The notes under the pieces were generated by a model that saw only the letters and a program-made list of their open reading frames with translations, ran no database searches and had not been told where the DNA came from. From positions 62,091-126,090 of the forward strand of contig JAFTGH010000033.1 in assembly GCA_017458005.1 (NCBI GenBank): DNA of 64,000 nucleotides. Direction: 5' to 3'. Positions 16,088 to 24,571 of this stretch are shown one piece after another. This DNA is from Prevotella sp. Its GTDB lineage: Bacteria > Bacteroidota > Bacteroidia > Bacteroidales > Bacteroidaceae. A program made the position numbers and the translations under genes. The stretch's first letter is position 1; every line of letters starts with the position of its first letter.

Positions 16088-17337
16088 TCTGCTCTTAATG
16101 CCTCTATGGGGCGTATTCGTGATGCTTTGAAGGCAGGGATGAGTCCTGCGATAGTGCCTGCGATGACCATGACCATCGTCGCCTCGAAACAGACATCCAG
16201 TCCGACGGTTGGGTCAACGAACATCGTAGCCTTGAAGAGTCCTGTGTCTATCTCGTTATGTCCTAAGGTGGCGTCCATATACTCGTTGGCGATGATGCCC
16301 AGCAGCATACCTATATAGCCAAAGAAGGTGGTGATGATGACACTCTCCACGATAATCAGTCGGAGGATGCTCCATGGCTTAGCGCCTATCGCCTTGCGGA
16401 TGCCAAACTCATGGGTACGCTCCTTCACCGTGATGAGCATGATATTCGAGACACCCACAATACCGCTCAGCAAGGTAAACAGTCCGACAATCCAAAGGAA
16501 GGTGCGGATAATACCGATACCCGTCTGCATCTGGAGGTTCTGCGTAAAACGGTTCCAGAGCCAGATAGCACTCTCGTCCTCTGGATGCGCCGAGTGGTTG
16601 GCATTGATACGCTGACGATAGTCTTTCTCAAACTGGTCGTTTGCCTCCTCAGTAGGTAATCCGTGGAAAGTGAACTCGATATTTCCCGCATTGTCGGTAT
16701 TGGCACCATAGATACCTTTGATGGTGGAGTAAGCGGAGAAAGCCTCAGCCTGTCCGTTCTCCTCATCCTTATAGATACCTACTACCTTAAACATAAAATC
16801 ACCTACCTTGACTTCCTTGCCCAACAGGTTCAGATACCCTTTGGGCTCCAGTTCTTTCGCCTGCTTACTGCTCAACACCAGCACCTTGCGCTTCTGCTGG
16901 ATATCCACTTGGTTGATAAAACGACCTTGGAGCATCTCGGTCTTGTCAATCTTTGTATGATTGGGATAGATACCCGTTACCGACGTACTGATATACTCCT
17001 GTCCGTAACTGATGGTCGCGGAGACGCTATAGTTGGCACCGACCTCATCGATATGATCCTTGAAACTGGATTCCGTCGCCTCGATATCACGGCTCTGGAG
17101 ATTGATCCACCGTCCCTCCTTCAGCCCCTGATAGGGCTTTGAGGTACGACCTCCGAAGACCACCATCGAGTTAGAGAGGAAACGCTCGCTCTGTTGGAGG
17201 TTGGCATTGATGAGTCCGTTGCCAGCCCCCAGCAGGACGATGAGCATGAAGATGCCCCAGGCGACAGCGAAGCCTGTCAACCCCGTACGCAGTTTATTGC
17301 GACGAGCCGTCTGCCATATCTCATTCAATAACTCCAT
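16084..17337 (-). CDS. ABC transporter permease, MacB/FtsX type
   Basis: Same architecture (ITVKERTHEFGIRKAIGA). Start taken at MELLNEIW (17337); 4-nt overlap with the next permease. Confidence 0.9.
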   Translation of the reverse strand: MELLNEIWQTARRNKLRTGLTGFAVAWGIFMLIVLLGAGNGLINANLQQSERFLSNSMVVFGGRTSKPYQGLKEGRWINLQSRDIEATESSFKDHIDEVGANYSVSATISYGQEYISTSVTGIYPNHTKIDKTEMLQGRFINQVDIQQKRKVLVLSSKQAKELEPKGYLNLLGKEVKVGDFMFKVVGIYKDEENGQAEAFSAYSTIKGIYGANTDNAGNIEFTFHGLPTEEANDQFEKDYRQRINANHSAHPEDESAIWLWNRFTQNLQMQTGIGIIRTFLWIVGLFTLLSGIVGVSNIMLITVKERTHEFGIRKAIGAKPWSILRLIIVESVIITTFFGYIGMLLGIIANEYMDATLGHNEIDTGLFKATMFVDPTVGLDVCFEATMVMVIAGTIAGLIPAFKASRIRPIEALRAD

Positions 17338-17980
17338 CTTTGATGCGGATAATACGGTTAGTCTGTTCTCCCACATGAGGATCGTGGGTCACGATAATCT
17401 GTGTCATTCCCTCGTCGGCATTCAGTTGCTTGAGCAGTTGCATCACCTCCACACTGGTCTTCGAGTCGAGGGCACCTGTCGGCTCATCAGCAAGGATAAT
17501 CTGTGGCTTGGTGATCAAGGCACGGGCAATGGCGACACGCTGTTTCTGCCCACCAGACAGTTCGTTGGGATAGTGCTCTGCCCAGTCCAGGAGTCCCAGT
17601 CTCTCCAGGTATTCTAGAGCAAGCGCATGGCGCTTGCGTCTAGAAACCCCTTGATAAAAGAGCGGCAACTCCACATTTTCTACTGCTGTCTTGAAAGAAA
17701 TCAAGTTGAATGACTGAAAGATAAATCCTATCATGCGGTTACGATACTCCGCAGCCTTCGACTCGGAGAGGTTCCAGATGGGCACTCCATTGAGCAGGTA
17801 TTCCCCACTATCGTAATTGTCGAGGATGCCCAGGATATTGAGCAGGGTCGACTTACCTGACCCTGAGGCTCCCATGATACTGACGAACTCACCCTTCTCG
17901 ATGTCGAGCGAGATGCCTTTCAGCACATGGAGCGGCTGTGCGCCCTGATAGGTCTTGTTGATGTCTTTTAAGTGTATCAC
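17321..17980 (-). CDS. ABC transporter ATP-binding protein (MacB/LolD type)
   Basis: Walker A GASGSGKST, signature LSGGQKQR, Walker B ILADEPT. The GTG start directly follows the octamer spacer. Confidence 0.9.
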   Translation of the reverse strand: MIHLKDINKTYQGAQPLHVLKGISLDIEKGEFVSIMGASGSGKSTLLNILGILDNYDSGEYLLNGVPIWNLSESKAAEYRNRMIGFIFQSFNLISFKTAVENVELPLFYQGVSRRKRHALALEYLERLGLLDWAEHYPNELSGGQKQRVAIARALITKPQIILADEPTGALDSKTSVEVMQLLKQLNADEGMTQIIVTHDPHVGEQTNRIIRIKDGVIE

Positions 17981-18013
17981 TTTTACTTTTTTACCTTTTT
18001 ACTTTTTACCCTA
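17981..18013 (-). repeat. Octamer intercistronic spacer, locus 3
   Basis: mRNA sense reads TAAtagggtaaaaagtaaaaaggtaaaaaagtaaaaGTG, between the GntR stop and the ATPase GTG. Confidence 0.9.
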
Positions 18014-18385
18014 TTAGACGTTATAAGTATCGAAAAGGTTGCACACCTCCTCCTTATTGATTCCTAATAGTCTCATCTGTCGAAACATCTCAGGCAGTCG
18101 CTGCTCCATAAACTCCTGTTTGCGCTGTTGCTTGATCTGCTCGCAAGCACCAGGGGTCACGAAATAGCCCAAGCCTCTCTTATTATATATAATGTTCGCG
18201 CGAGCCAGTTCGTCGTAAGCCTTGACGGCGGTATTGGTGTTCACCTCCAGCATCACGGCATACTCACGGACGGAGGGGATACGGTCGTCATCCTTATAGG
18301 TGCCGGCAAGTATCTCGTCGCAGAGGCGGTCAGCCATCTGGAGATAAATCGCTTTCTCGTTATTGAATGTCATACGTTCAACCAT
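18014..18385 (-). CDS. GntR-family transcriptional regulator, YtrA subfamily
   Basis: 123 aa. wHTH pattern (IPSVREYAVMLEVNTNTAVKAYDELA..II) with the short C-terminal domain typical of YtrA. Confidence 0.9.
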   Translation of the reverse strand: MVERMTFNNEKAIYLQMADRLCDEILAGTYKDDDRIPSVREYAVMLEVNTNTAVKAYDELARANIIYNKRGLGYFVTPGACEQIKQQRKQEFMEQRLPEMFRQMRLLGINKEEVCNLFDTYNV

Positions 18386-19218
18386 TTATTGTTCACAGCC
18401 TGCACACGGCAGAAGATACGATAACTCAACCAGTAGTTGAAGCAAGTCAAGAGGTACATGACGACCATGATGACATAGAGTGCGGGATGCACGACAAGAC
18501 CGTCCTGCTCATTATAGGTCATCAGATTGATATTTTCTTTAAAGTCTATGTGACCAAGGATAGACACAATGATGATCATGCTGCATACTATAATCATACT
18601 AGTGATCAAGAACTGCTGACGGCGGAAGGCAGTACCGCCCAGCATATACAAAGAGTGGAAGAAGAGGGTGGTACCAACTGCCATAAAGGTTCCCAGCCAC
18701 CACTGATACACCTTGTCTGTATCTGGAGCAGATATAGAATATGTGGTATCTGGGGTGAGACTGCTGATGAAAGAAGGTACACCCCACACCATCTCATGTC
18801 CGAAGGCAGGAGCCATCAAAGTCCTGACCGTATCCGCACAGAAGAAAGCGACAAAGGTCACTAGGGCGACAACTACCGTCGACAGGATCAGACTGTTCAG
18901 ATACTTCTCCAGATTCGAGGCAGGAAACATCAGATAGGAGATGCGACTTCGTGTATCTTTCAACACGCTGAAGATGCTGGTGGCACCAAACAGCATTGAT
19001 ATGACAAAAAAGAAGGTGCAGAAACCAGTGGCGTTATCCACTGCCATTCCATAGTTTTCTTGACCATTGTAATTGACTCCCCCCACCTCTGTGAACAGTA
19101 ACTCTGCGAAGAACAATACGAGGAAGAATATGGCAAACAACTTCAACCAGAAATTTCTTCCCATCAGCAACTGGCTCTTAAAGGTCTGTCCGAATCTATG
19201 TAAATCGAAGTTTTTCAT
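18370..19218 (-). CDS. Polytopic membrane protein (putative permease partner of the upstream ABC ATPase)
   Basis: About 6 hydrophobic segments. Overlaps both neighbours (4 nt and 16 nt), which implies co-translation. Confidence 0.75.
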   Translation of the reverse strand: MKNFDLHRFGQTFKSQLLMGRNFWLKLFAIFFLVLFFAELLFTEVGGVNYNGQENYGMAVDNATGFCTFFFVISMLFGATSIFSVLKDTRSRISYLMFPASNLEKYLNSLILSTVVVALVTFVAFFCADTVRTLMAPAFGHEMVWGVPSFISSLTPDTTYSISAPDTDKVYQWWLGTFMAVGTTLFFHSLYMLGGTAFRRQQFLITSMIIVCSMIIIVSILGHIDFKENINLMTYNEQDGLVVHPALYVIMVVMYLLTCFNYWLSYRIFCRVQAVNNKWLNV

Positions 19219-20030
19219 TTTGTCTGTGTTTTGAAGTTAAACAATAGTTCGAGGTTGATCTGTGTCTCAGCATCACCTGCCTGACGCTTAGCGATGACGG
19301 CATTACCCTGCAAGGTGGGCTCGGCATAGAGAACGGTGTCGTCCATCTCCTGCGGTGTGCGATACTCGAAGGTAAACTGATCTGAAATCTCCTGCACAGA
19401 GGCATTGAGCAACACGTTACGCTGGTCGAGAATCAGAATATGGTCGAGCAACTGCTCCACATCATGCACCTGATGGGTAGAGATGATGACGGTACGCTCC
19501 TCTGTCATGTTCTGTGCGATGACCTTGCGGAACTGTGACTTCGAGGGGATATCCAAACCGTTCGTCGGCTCGTCCATGAAGAGGTACTTGGTCTGGGTGG
19601 CTAGTGCGAACGACATAAACGCCTTTTTCTTCTGTCCCATCGAGAGTTCATTGAGTTTCACGTCTGCTGGCAACTCGAAGTCACTCAGGCAACGCTGCAG
19701 CACCTCCTCCGAGAAACGGGGATAGAACGGACGGTTGAGTTTCACATACTCCGAGAGACGGACAGCAGGAAGGTCGAACTCCTCTGTCACGATGAATATC
19801 TCACGAAGCATCTCTGGTCGTCTCTCGTATGCTGCGATACCGTCGCAACACACCGAACCAGAGATGGGTTTCAACAATCCAGAGAGCAGATAAAGCAGTG
19901 TCGACTTGCCCGTGCCGTTCTTGCCGAGCAGTCCATAGATACGGTTCTCCTCCAACTGGAGACTGAACCCGTCGAACACAAGAGCCTTCTGACCCTTGTA
20001 TTTGTAACTGATGTCTTGTACGTTAATCAT
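19215..20030 (-). CDS. ABC transporter ATP-binding protein
   Basis: Walker A GKNGTGKST, signature LSMGQKKK, Walker B LFMDEPT. First gene of the operon. Confidence 0.9.
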   Translation of the reverse strand: MINVQDISYKYKGQKALVFDGFSLQLEENRIYGLLGKNGTGKSTLLYLLSGLLKPISGSVCCDGIAAYERRPEMLREIFIVTEEFDLPAVRLSEYVKLNRPFYPRFSEEVLQRCLSDFELPADVKLNELSMGQKKKAFMSFALATQTKYLFMDEPTNGLDIPSKSQFRKVIAQNMTEERTVIISTHQVHDVEQLLDHILILDQRNVLLNASVQEISDQFTFEYRTPQEMDDTVLYAEPTLQGNAVIAKRQAGDAETQINLELLFNFKTQTK

Positions 20031-20074
20031 ACGTCTTTTCGTTTTATAAATAATCTTTTTCTTTGTCTGTACTT

Positions 20075-20096
20075 GTGTACTACTTTAATAGTACAC
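20075..20096. promoter_or_regulatory. Candidate YtrA/GntR operator: GTGTACTA-N6-TAGTACAC
   Basis: Perfect 8+6+8 palindrome immediately downstream of the minus-strand -7 box at 20099-20106, ~45 nt upstream of the first operon gene. Confidence 0.55.
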
Positions 20097-20098
20097 TG

Positions 20099-20106
20099 CA
20101 AAAGTA
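20099..20106 (-). promoter_or_regulatory. -7 box TActTTTG, ABC/GntR/MacAB-TolC operon
   Basis: Matches the Bacteroidota TAnnTTTG consensus, 69 nt upstream of ATG 20030. Confidence 0.6.
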
Positions 20107-20213
20107 GACATTTTTATGCTTCCCACCAAATATTTCGCAGACTTTTTTTCATGAAAACAGATATTTAACATTTCCACCTTATTAATTATTACGCGTGCGT
20201 AAGAATATCGGGA

Positions 20214-20306
20214 CAATTGCAATTTAGATTAAATTGCAAAGTAATTTAGATTGGATTGCTAAGCAATTTAGATTAAATTGTCGAGCAATTTAGATTAAAT
20301 TGCAAT
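20214..20306. repeat. Array of four 22-bp-phased palindromic sites GCAATTTA-GAT-TAAATTGC
   Basis: aatttagatt starts at 20221, 20243, 20265 and 20287. Units 1 and 4 are perfect 8+3+8 palindromes; units 2 and 3 have 1-3 changes. Confidence 0.9.
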
Positions 20307-20400
20307 TACGACTAACTATTCTATCATGAATAAAGCGTGTTTTTAACACTAATTGAGATAATTCTTTACTCAAAAAGGAGATAATCTCAAAATAAATGAT

Positions 20401-20408
20401 TACCTTTG
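20401..20408 (+). promoter_or_regulatory. -7 box TAccTTTG, histidine kinase
   Basis: 22 nt upstream of ATG 20430. Confidence 0.6.
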
Positions 20409-20429
20409 CACAACCATAAACAATAGTAC

Positions 20430-22238
20430 ATGAAACTAAAACTTATCTATCAGCGATTCATTGTCGCGACCCTTCTTGCATTTGCCTGCATGCCGCAGAC
20501 ACTGCTTGCTCAGACACCTGAGACTGACACACTAAGTACCCATCTGCTGGATGAGGTGCGTAAGTATTTCAATCTCAATAATGAAGGTGCCTTCTATATC
20601 GCCACGGAGAGATACCGTGACTACCATCTCAAGCAGGAGGAAATCCACAAATACTATAGCGGATGGACGTTTGAGGTGCTCTACGACATCAACCACAACC
20701 ACTTCTATCGCGCCATGCGAAAGACGAACCTGATGCAGAGCGACATGCGGAAGCGTCAGGCCTACAAAGAGTATTACCACGCCACCCACCTGCGAGGAAT
20801 CATCTACTCGCTGTCGGGCAATACCGACCTTGCCCACCAGTACTTTGAGCAGGCGCTGGAGGAGGTGGACCATGCGCAGCCCACGAACCTCATCCCTATC
20901 TATATGGACCTGGCGAATATCGAGATGGACACGAAAGCAGAGGATGCGATGAGACACCTGAACTGCGCCATCACCATCATCAAGGCGAATGGTGGCAGGT
21001 ATGAATACAGCGATGCCATCGCCTTCAAGGCCATCATCGCCTATGCCATGCGCGACTGGAAGACCGTCAATACTGCCTATGAGGAGTATATGCGACTGAA
21101 GGACACCTTGGGGAAAGACTTCAGCACGACCTATTACCACTATGTGAATATCTGCAAGAATGTCGCAGACCATCATTACGAGGAGGCTATCCGACTGACC
21201 AACTTGTTGACGAACTCTACGGACACCTATAAGTTCCAGACTGAGATCTACGAGATAGCGGGCGACACCATCAAGGCTTTCAAGGCACAGAAGCACTACG
21301 CTTTCGTCAAAGACTCCGTCAATAATGTCATTATGAGCGAGGAGATGGTAGGCTCTGCCAATGACCTCGCCCTTGCGGAGCGACAGAGCGAGAGTTACCA
21401 GAAGAGTTCCAAGCGCATGAAATGGAGCATGCTGGCACTGGTGCCTGTCGCCTGTCTGATGCCCTTTGCCGCCTGCAAGATCAACAAGCGGAGGTACACC
21501 AAACGGCTCCAGCAGCAGAACAAGGAGTTGAAGATTGCCAAGGACAAGGCGAAAGAGGCCGAGCGGATGAAGATCAACTTCATCCAGAACATGACCCATG
21601 AGGTGCGCACCCCCCTGAACATCATCAGCGGTTTCGCCCAGGTCATCAGCGACCCCAATGCGGATATCAGCAAGGAGGAGCGTGCGGAGATAGCCAACCG
21701 CATCGCCAAGAGCACCAACAATATCGTGAATATCGTCAACGAGATTCTGGACATCTCGGGTAAGGAGAGCATCCACTATATCGACAGAAGCGACCTCATC
21801 CACTGCAACGAGACGGCAAAGAACGTGCTGAAGGATTTCGACGACGAGGGGAAGGGCTACAAGATTCGCTTTGAGAGTAGTCTGAAAGACAGTTACAAAC
21901 TGATGACCAATGCGAAAGAGATGGAGAAAATCCTCCATAACCTGCTGAACAACGCCTGTAAGTTCACAGAACAGGGCACGATCACCCTATCCTGCTATCA
22001 CGACGAGGTGGAGAGCGATATGGTATGCTTCAGTGTGACAGACACGGGCAAAGGCATCAAAGAGGGCGAGGAAGAGAAAATCTTCGAGCATTTCTATAAG
22101 GTGGACGCCTATAAGGAAGGCGTGGGATTAGGTCTTCCCTTGGCTCGAAGAGTCGCCCGTCAGATGGGTGGTGACGTGGTGCTCGACACCTCTTATCATG
22201 AGGGTAGCCGTTTCATCCTCAAACTTCCCAAGGCATAA
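20430..22238 (+). CDS. Sensor histidine kinase with TPR-like extracytoplasmic domain (no response regulator nearby)
   Basis: Signal peptide, ~300-aa helical-repeat domain, TM, coiled coil, H-box FIQNMTHEVRTPLN, and HATPase N/G boxes (LLNNACKFT, DTGKGI, GLGLPL). Confidence 0.9.
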   Translation: MKLKLIYQRFIVATLLAFACMPQTLLAQTPETDTLSTHLLDEVRKYFNLNNEGAFYIATERYRDYHLKQEEIHKYYSGWTFEVLYDINHNHFYRAMRKTNLMQSDMRKRQAYKEYYHATHLRGIIYSLSGNTDLAHQYFEQALEEVDHAQPTNLIPIYMDLANIEMDTKAEDAMRHLNCAITIIKANGGRYEYSDAIAFKAIIAYAMRDWKTVNTAYEEYMRLKDTLGKDFSTTYYHYVNICKNVADHHYEEAIRLTNLLTNSTDTYKFQTEIYEIAGDTIKAFKAQKHYAFVKDSVNNVIMSEEMVGSANDLALAERQSESYQKSSKRMKWSMLALVPVACLMPFAACKINKRRYTKRLQQQNKELKIAKDKAKEAERMKINFIQNMTHEVRTPLNIISGFAQVISDPNADISKEERAEIANRIAKSTNNIVNIVNEILDISGKESIHYIDRSDLIHCNETAKNVLKDFDDEGKGYKIRFESSLKDSYKLMTNAKEMEKILHNLLNNACKFTEQGTITLSCYHDEVESDMVCFSVTDTGKGIKEGEEEKIFEHFYKVDAYKEGVGLGLPLARRVARQMGGDVVLDTSYHEGSRFILKLPKA

Positions 22239-23126
22239 TCAGCCACGCTGGTCAGCCCCCCACATCATCTTCTCACGCAGGGTATGGAAATACTTCTGCC
22301 CCGCACGTTTGACAACCTTCACATAATAGGGTGCCTTGCGCAGGGTGATACGTGTCCCCTCACTACAGTTCTCTGAGCGTCCGTCCAGTGCCACCAGGAA
22401 ATTATGCGAGCGGCTCTCAACGGTGAGACAGATCTCCGAACTGTCAGAGATGACGATAGGACGGATATTCAAGGAATGCGGAGCAACGGCAGTCATCGAG
22501 AACACACTGGTACCAGGCACGATGATAGGACCTCCGACAGAGAGAGAATATGCCGTAGAGCCTGTTGGGGTGCTAACCACCAGTCCGTCAGCCTGATAGG
22601 TCGTCAAGTATTCCCCATTCACAGAAACCCGGATAGAGATCATCGAGGCATTGTCACGCTTGAGGATGGCGACATCGTTAAGGGCACAGTCATACCCCGT
22701 CAAGGGTCTTCCGTCCGTCTCCACCTTTATTGTGGCGCGTGACTCTAAAGTATAGTCGCCCTCGTAAAGCGCGTTGACCATCTGCTCAATCTCACTGGCA
22801 CTGATATCGGCAAGGAAGCCCAGTCGCCCCATATTGATACCCAGAATAGGAATCTGCTTGTCGCCCACCATACTTGCCGCACGAAGGAACGTACCGTCAC
22901 CTCCCATGGAAATCACAAAGTCAGCCTCAAAGTCAGATTCCTCGAAGACTTTTGTCACCTCCAAATCAAGATGCTGGTGGCGTACCAGGAAGTCGTAGAA
23001 CTTGCTTTCGATATACACTTCTGCCTTGCGCTCAGAGAGACAAGCCAGTATTTTCAGAATGGATACCGACTTCTTTGGCTGGTAGGTATTGCCGAAAATG
23101 GCGAACCGTAGTTTTCGTGAGGTCAT
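22239..23126 (-). CDS. nadK: NAD kinase
   Basis: GGDGTFL motif and full-length NAD_kinase pattern, 295 aa. Confidence 0.93.
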   Translation of the reverse strand: MTSRKLRFAIFGNTYQPKKSVSILKILACLSERKAEVYIESKFYDFLVRHQHLDLEVTKVFEESDFEADFVISMGGDGTFLRAASMVGDKQIPILGINMGRLGFLADISASEIEQMVNALYEGDYTLESRATIKVETDGRPLTGYDCALNDVAILKRDNASMISIRVSVNGEYLTTYQADGLVVSTPTGSTAYSLSVGGPIIVPGTSVFSMTAVAPHSLNIRPIVISDSSEICLTVESRSHNFLVALDGRSENCSEGTRITLRKAPYYVKVVKRAGQKYFHTLREKMMWGADQRG

Positions 23127-23168
23127 AAAAAATCTGTTCTTTTTAGCCGTTATTTGGCAAACATTTCG

Positions 23169-23176
23169 TATCTTTG
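23169..23176 (+). promoter_or_regulatory. -7 box TAtcTTTG, pdxJ operon
   Basis: Consensus match in the nadK/pdxJ divergent region. Confidence 0.55.
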
Positions 23177-23251
23177 CCGTGTATTATGTGCGCAAAGTTA
23201 CTGATTTTTAGTGAAAAAGCGCATAACAGAAGGAACAAATTTACTTAGAAA

Positions 23252-23965
23252 ATGACAAAACTGAGTGTAAACATCAACAAAGTAGCCACGCTACGCAACG
23301 CCAGAGGAGGCAATAACCCCAATGTGCTTACCGTTGCACAAGATGTGGAGAAGTTCGGTGCCCAAGGCATCACAGTGCATCCACGCCCTGACGAACGACA
23401 TATCCGCTATCAGGATGTAAGAGACCTGAGACCACTGATTACCACCGAGTTCAATATCGAGGGGAATCCTATCGACTCTTTCACGGAGTTGGTATTGGAA
23501 GTCATCCCCAAGCAAGTGACCCTCGTTCCTGACGGACACGACCAGATCACCAGTAATCACGGATGGGACACCATCGAGAACAGGACTTTCCTGACAGATG
23601 TCTGCAAGACGTTCAAGGCAGCAGGTATCCGTACGAGTATCTTCGTCGACCCTGACCCACGGATGGTGGAAGGTGCCAAGGCATGCGGAGCCGACCGTGT
23701 GGAGTTGTATACGGAGCCCTATGCATCCAACTATAGTGCCGACCGTGTGGAAGCGATTGCCCCGTTTATCGCTGCCGCCGAGGAGGCAAGGAAGGTTGGA
23801 CTGGGACTGAACGCGGGGCATGACCTCTCGTTGGAGAACCTGCATTTCTACCATGAGATGATTCCATGGACCGATGAGGTGAGCATTGGGCATGCCATCA
23901 TCTGCGATGCCCTCTATATGGGACTGCAAGAGACTATCAAACAGTATTTACAAGCATTACAATAG
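23252..23965 (+). CDS. pdxJ: Pyridoxine 5'-phosphate synthase
   Basis: LSVNINKVATLRNARGG, HPRPDERH, NIEGNP, GHDL motifs. Confidence 0.95.
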   Translation: MTKLSVNINKVATLRNARGGNNPNVLTVAQDVEKFGAQGITVHPRPDERHIRYQDVRDLRPLITTEFNIEGNPIDSFTELVLEVIPKQVTLVPDGHDQITSNHGWDTIENRTFLTDVCKTFKAAGIRTSIFVDPDPRMVEGAKACGADRVELYTEPYASNYSADRVEAIAPFIAAAEEARKVGLGLNAGHDLSLENLHFYHEMIPWTDEVSIGHAIICDALYMGLQETIKQYLQALQ

Positions 23966-23968
23966 ACG

Positions 23969-24535
23969 ATGAAAAAAGTATATGTATTCTTAGCCGACGG
24001 CTTCGAGGATGTCGAGGCACTGATTCCCATCGACGTATTTCGTCGCGGTGGTCTGGACGTGACAACAGTGAGTATCATGGGTGACTACGTGGTAGAGACC
24101 GCACATGGGGTGCGTATCTTCGCCGATACCCTCATCGAGGATGTCGACACGAGTGATGCCGACCTGTTGTTCCTCCCTGGTGGTATGCCAGGAGCCAGCA
24201 ACCTCTATGCCCACGAGGGTGTCCGCAAGGCTGTGACCAACCAGTTTGCGGCTGGTAAGAAAGTAGCGGCAATCTGTGCTGCCCCTGCCGTTGTCTTAGG
24301 ACAATTGGGTATTCTGAAAGGCAAGCGTGCCACCTGCTATCCTGGCTTTGAGCACCTGCTGGAAGGTGCCACCTATACGGGTGGACTCGTCTCTGTCGAT
24401 GGCAACATCACTACTGGTGAGGGACCTGCCGCCGCTTTCCCCTTCGCCTACGACCTCTTAGGTCAGTTGACGAGTCCACAGGCTGTCGACCAGATTATGG
24501 AAGGTATGCGTTTCAAGCATTTGATGGAAAAGTAA
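23969..24535 (+). CDS. DJ-1/PfpI family protein
   Basis: FEDVEAL..D..RR.G; nucleophile-elbow pattern AAICAAP. Confidence 0.9.
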   Translation: MKKVYVFLADGFEDVEALIPIDVFRRGGLDVTTVSIMGDYVVETAHGVRIFADTLIEDVDTSDADLLFLPGGMPGASNLYAHEGVRKAVTNQFAAGKKVAAICAAPAVVLGQLGILKGKRATCYPGFEHLLEGATYTGGLVSVDGNITTGEGPAAAFPFAYDLLGQLTSPQAVDQIMEGMRFKHLMEK

Positions 24536-24571
24536 AAAGGTAAAAAAGTAAAAAGGTAAAAAAGTAAAAAG
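24532..24571 (+). repeat. Octamer intercistronic spacer, locus 4 (5 exact 8-bp units)
   Basis: gtaaaaag gtaaaaaa gtaaaaag gtaaaaaa gtaaaaaG. The TAA stop lies in unit 1 and the last G is the first base of the ispD GTG. Confidence 0.95.

Noticed and set aside
20214-20306. CRISPR-like reading of the 22-bp arrays (also 30244-30331)
   Set aside because: The units are contiguous with no spacers, only four copies are present, the period is 22 bp, and there are no cas genes. This is not a CRISPR array.
20532-21938. 468-aa ORF antisense to the histidine kinase gene
   Set aside because: It lies entirely opposite a gene with clear HisKA/HATPase motifs. Its translation is a Leu/Val/Asp/Gly/Arg-rich shadow with no recognisable motifs, as expected from the codon-position bias of the sense gene.
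23169-23210. Possible face-to-face overlapping promoters for pdxJ and nadK (cagtaactttgcgcac on the minus strand)
   Set aside because: The minus-strand box is only a partial consensus match, and the geometry cannot be judged without TSS data. The support is too weak to report as a feature.
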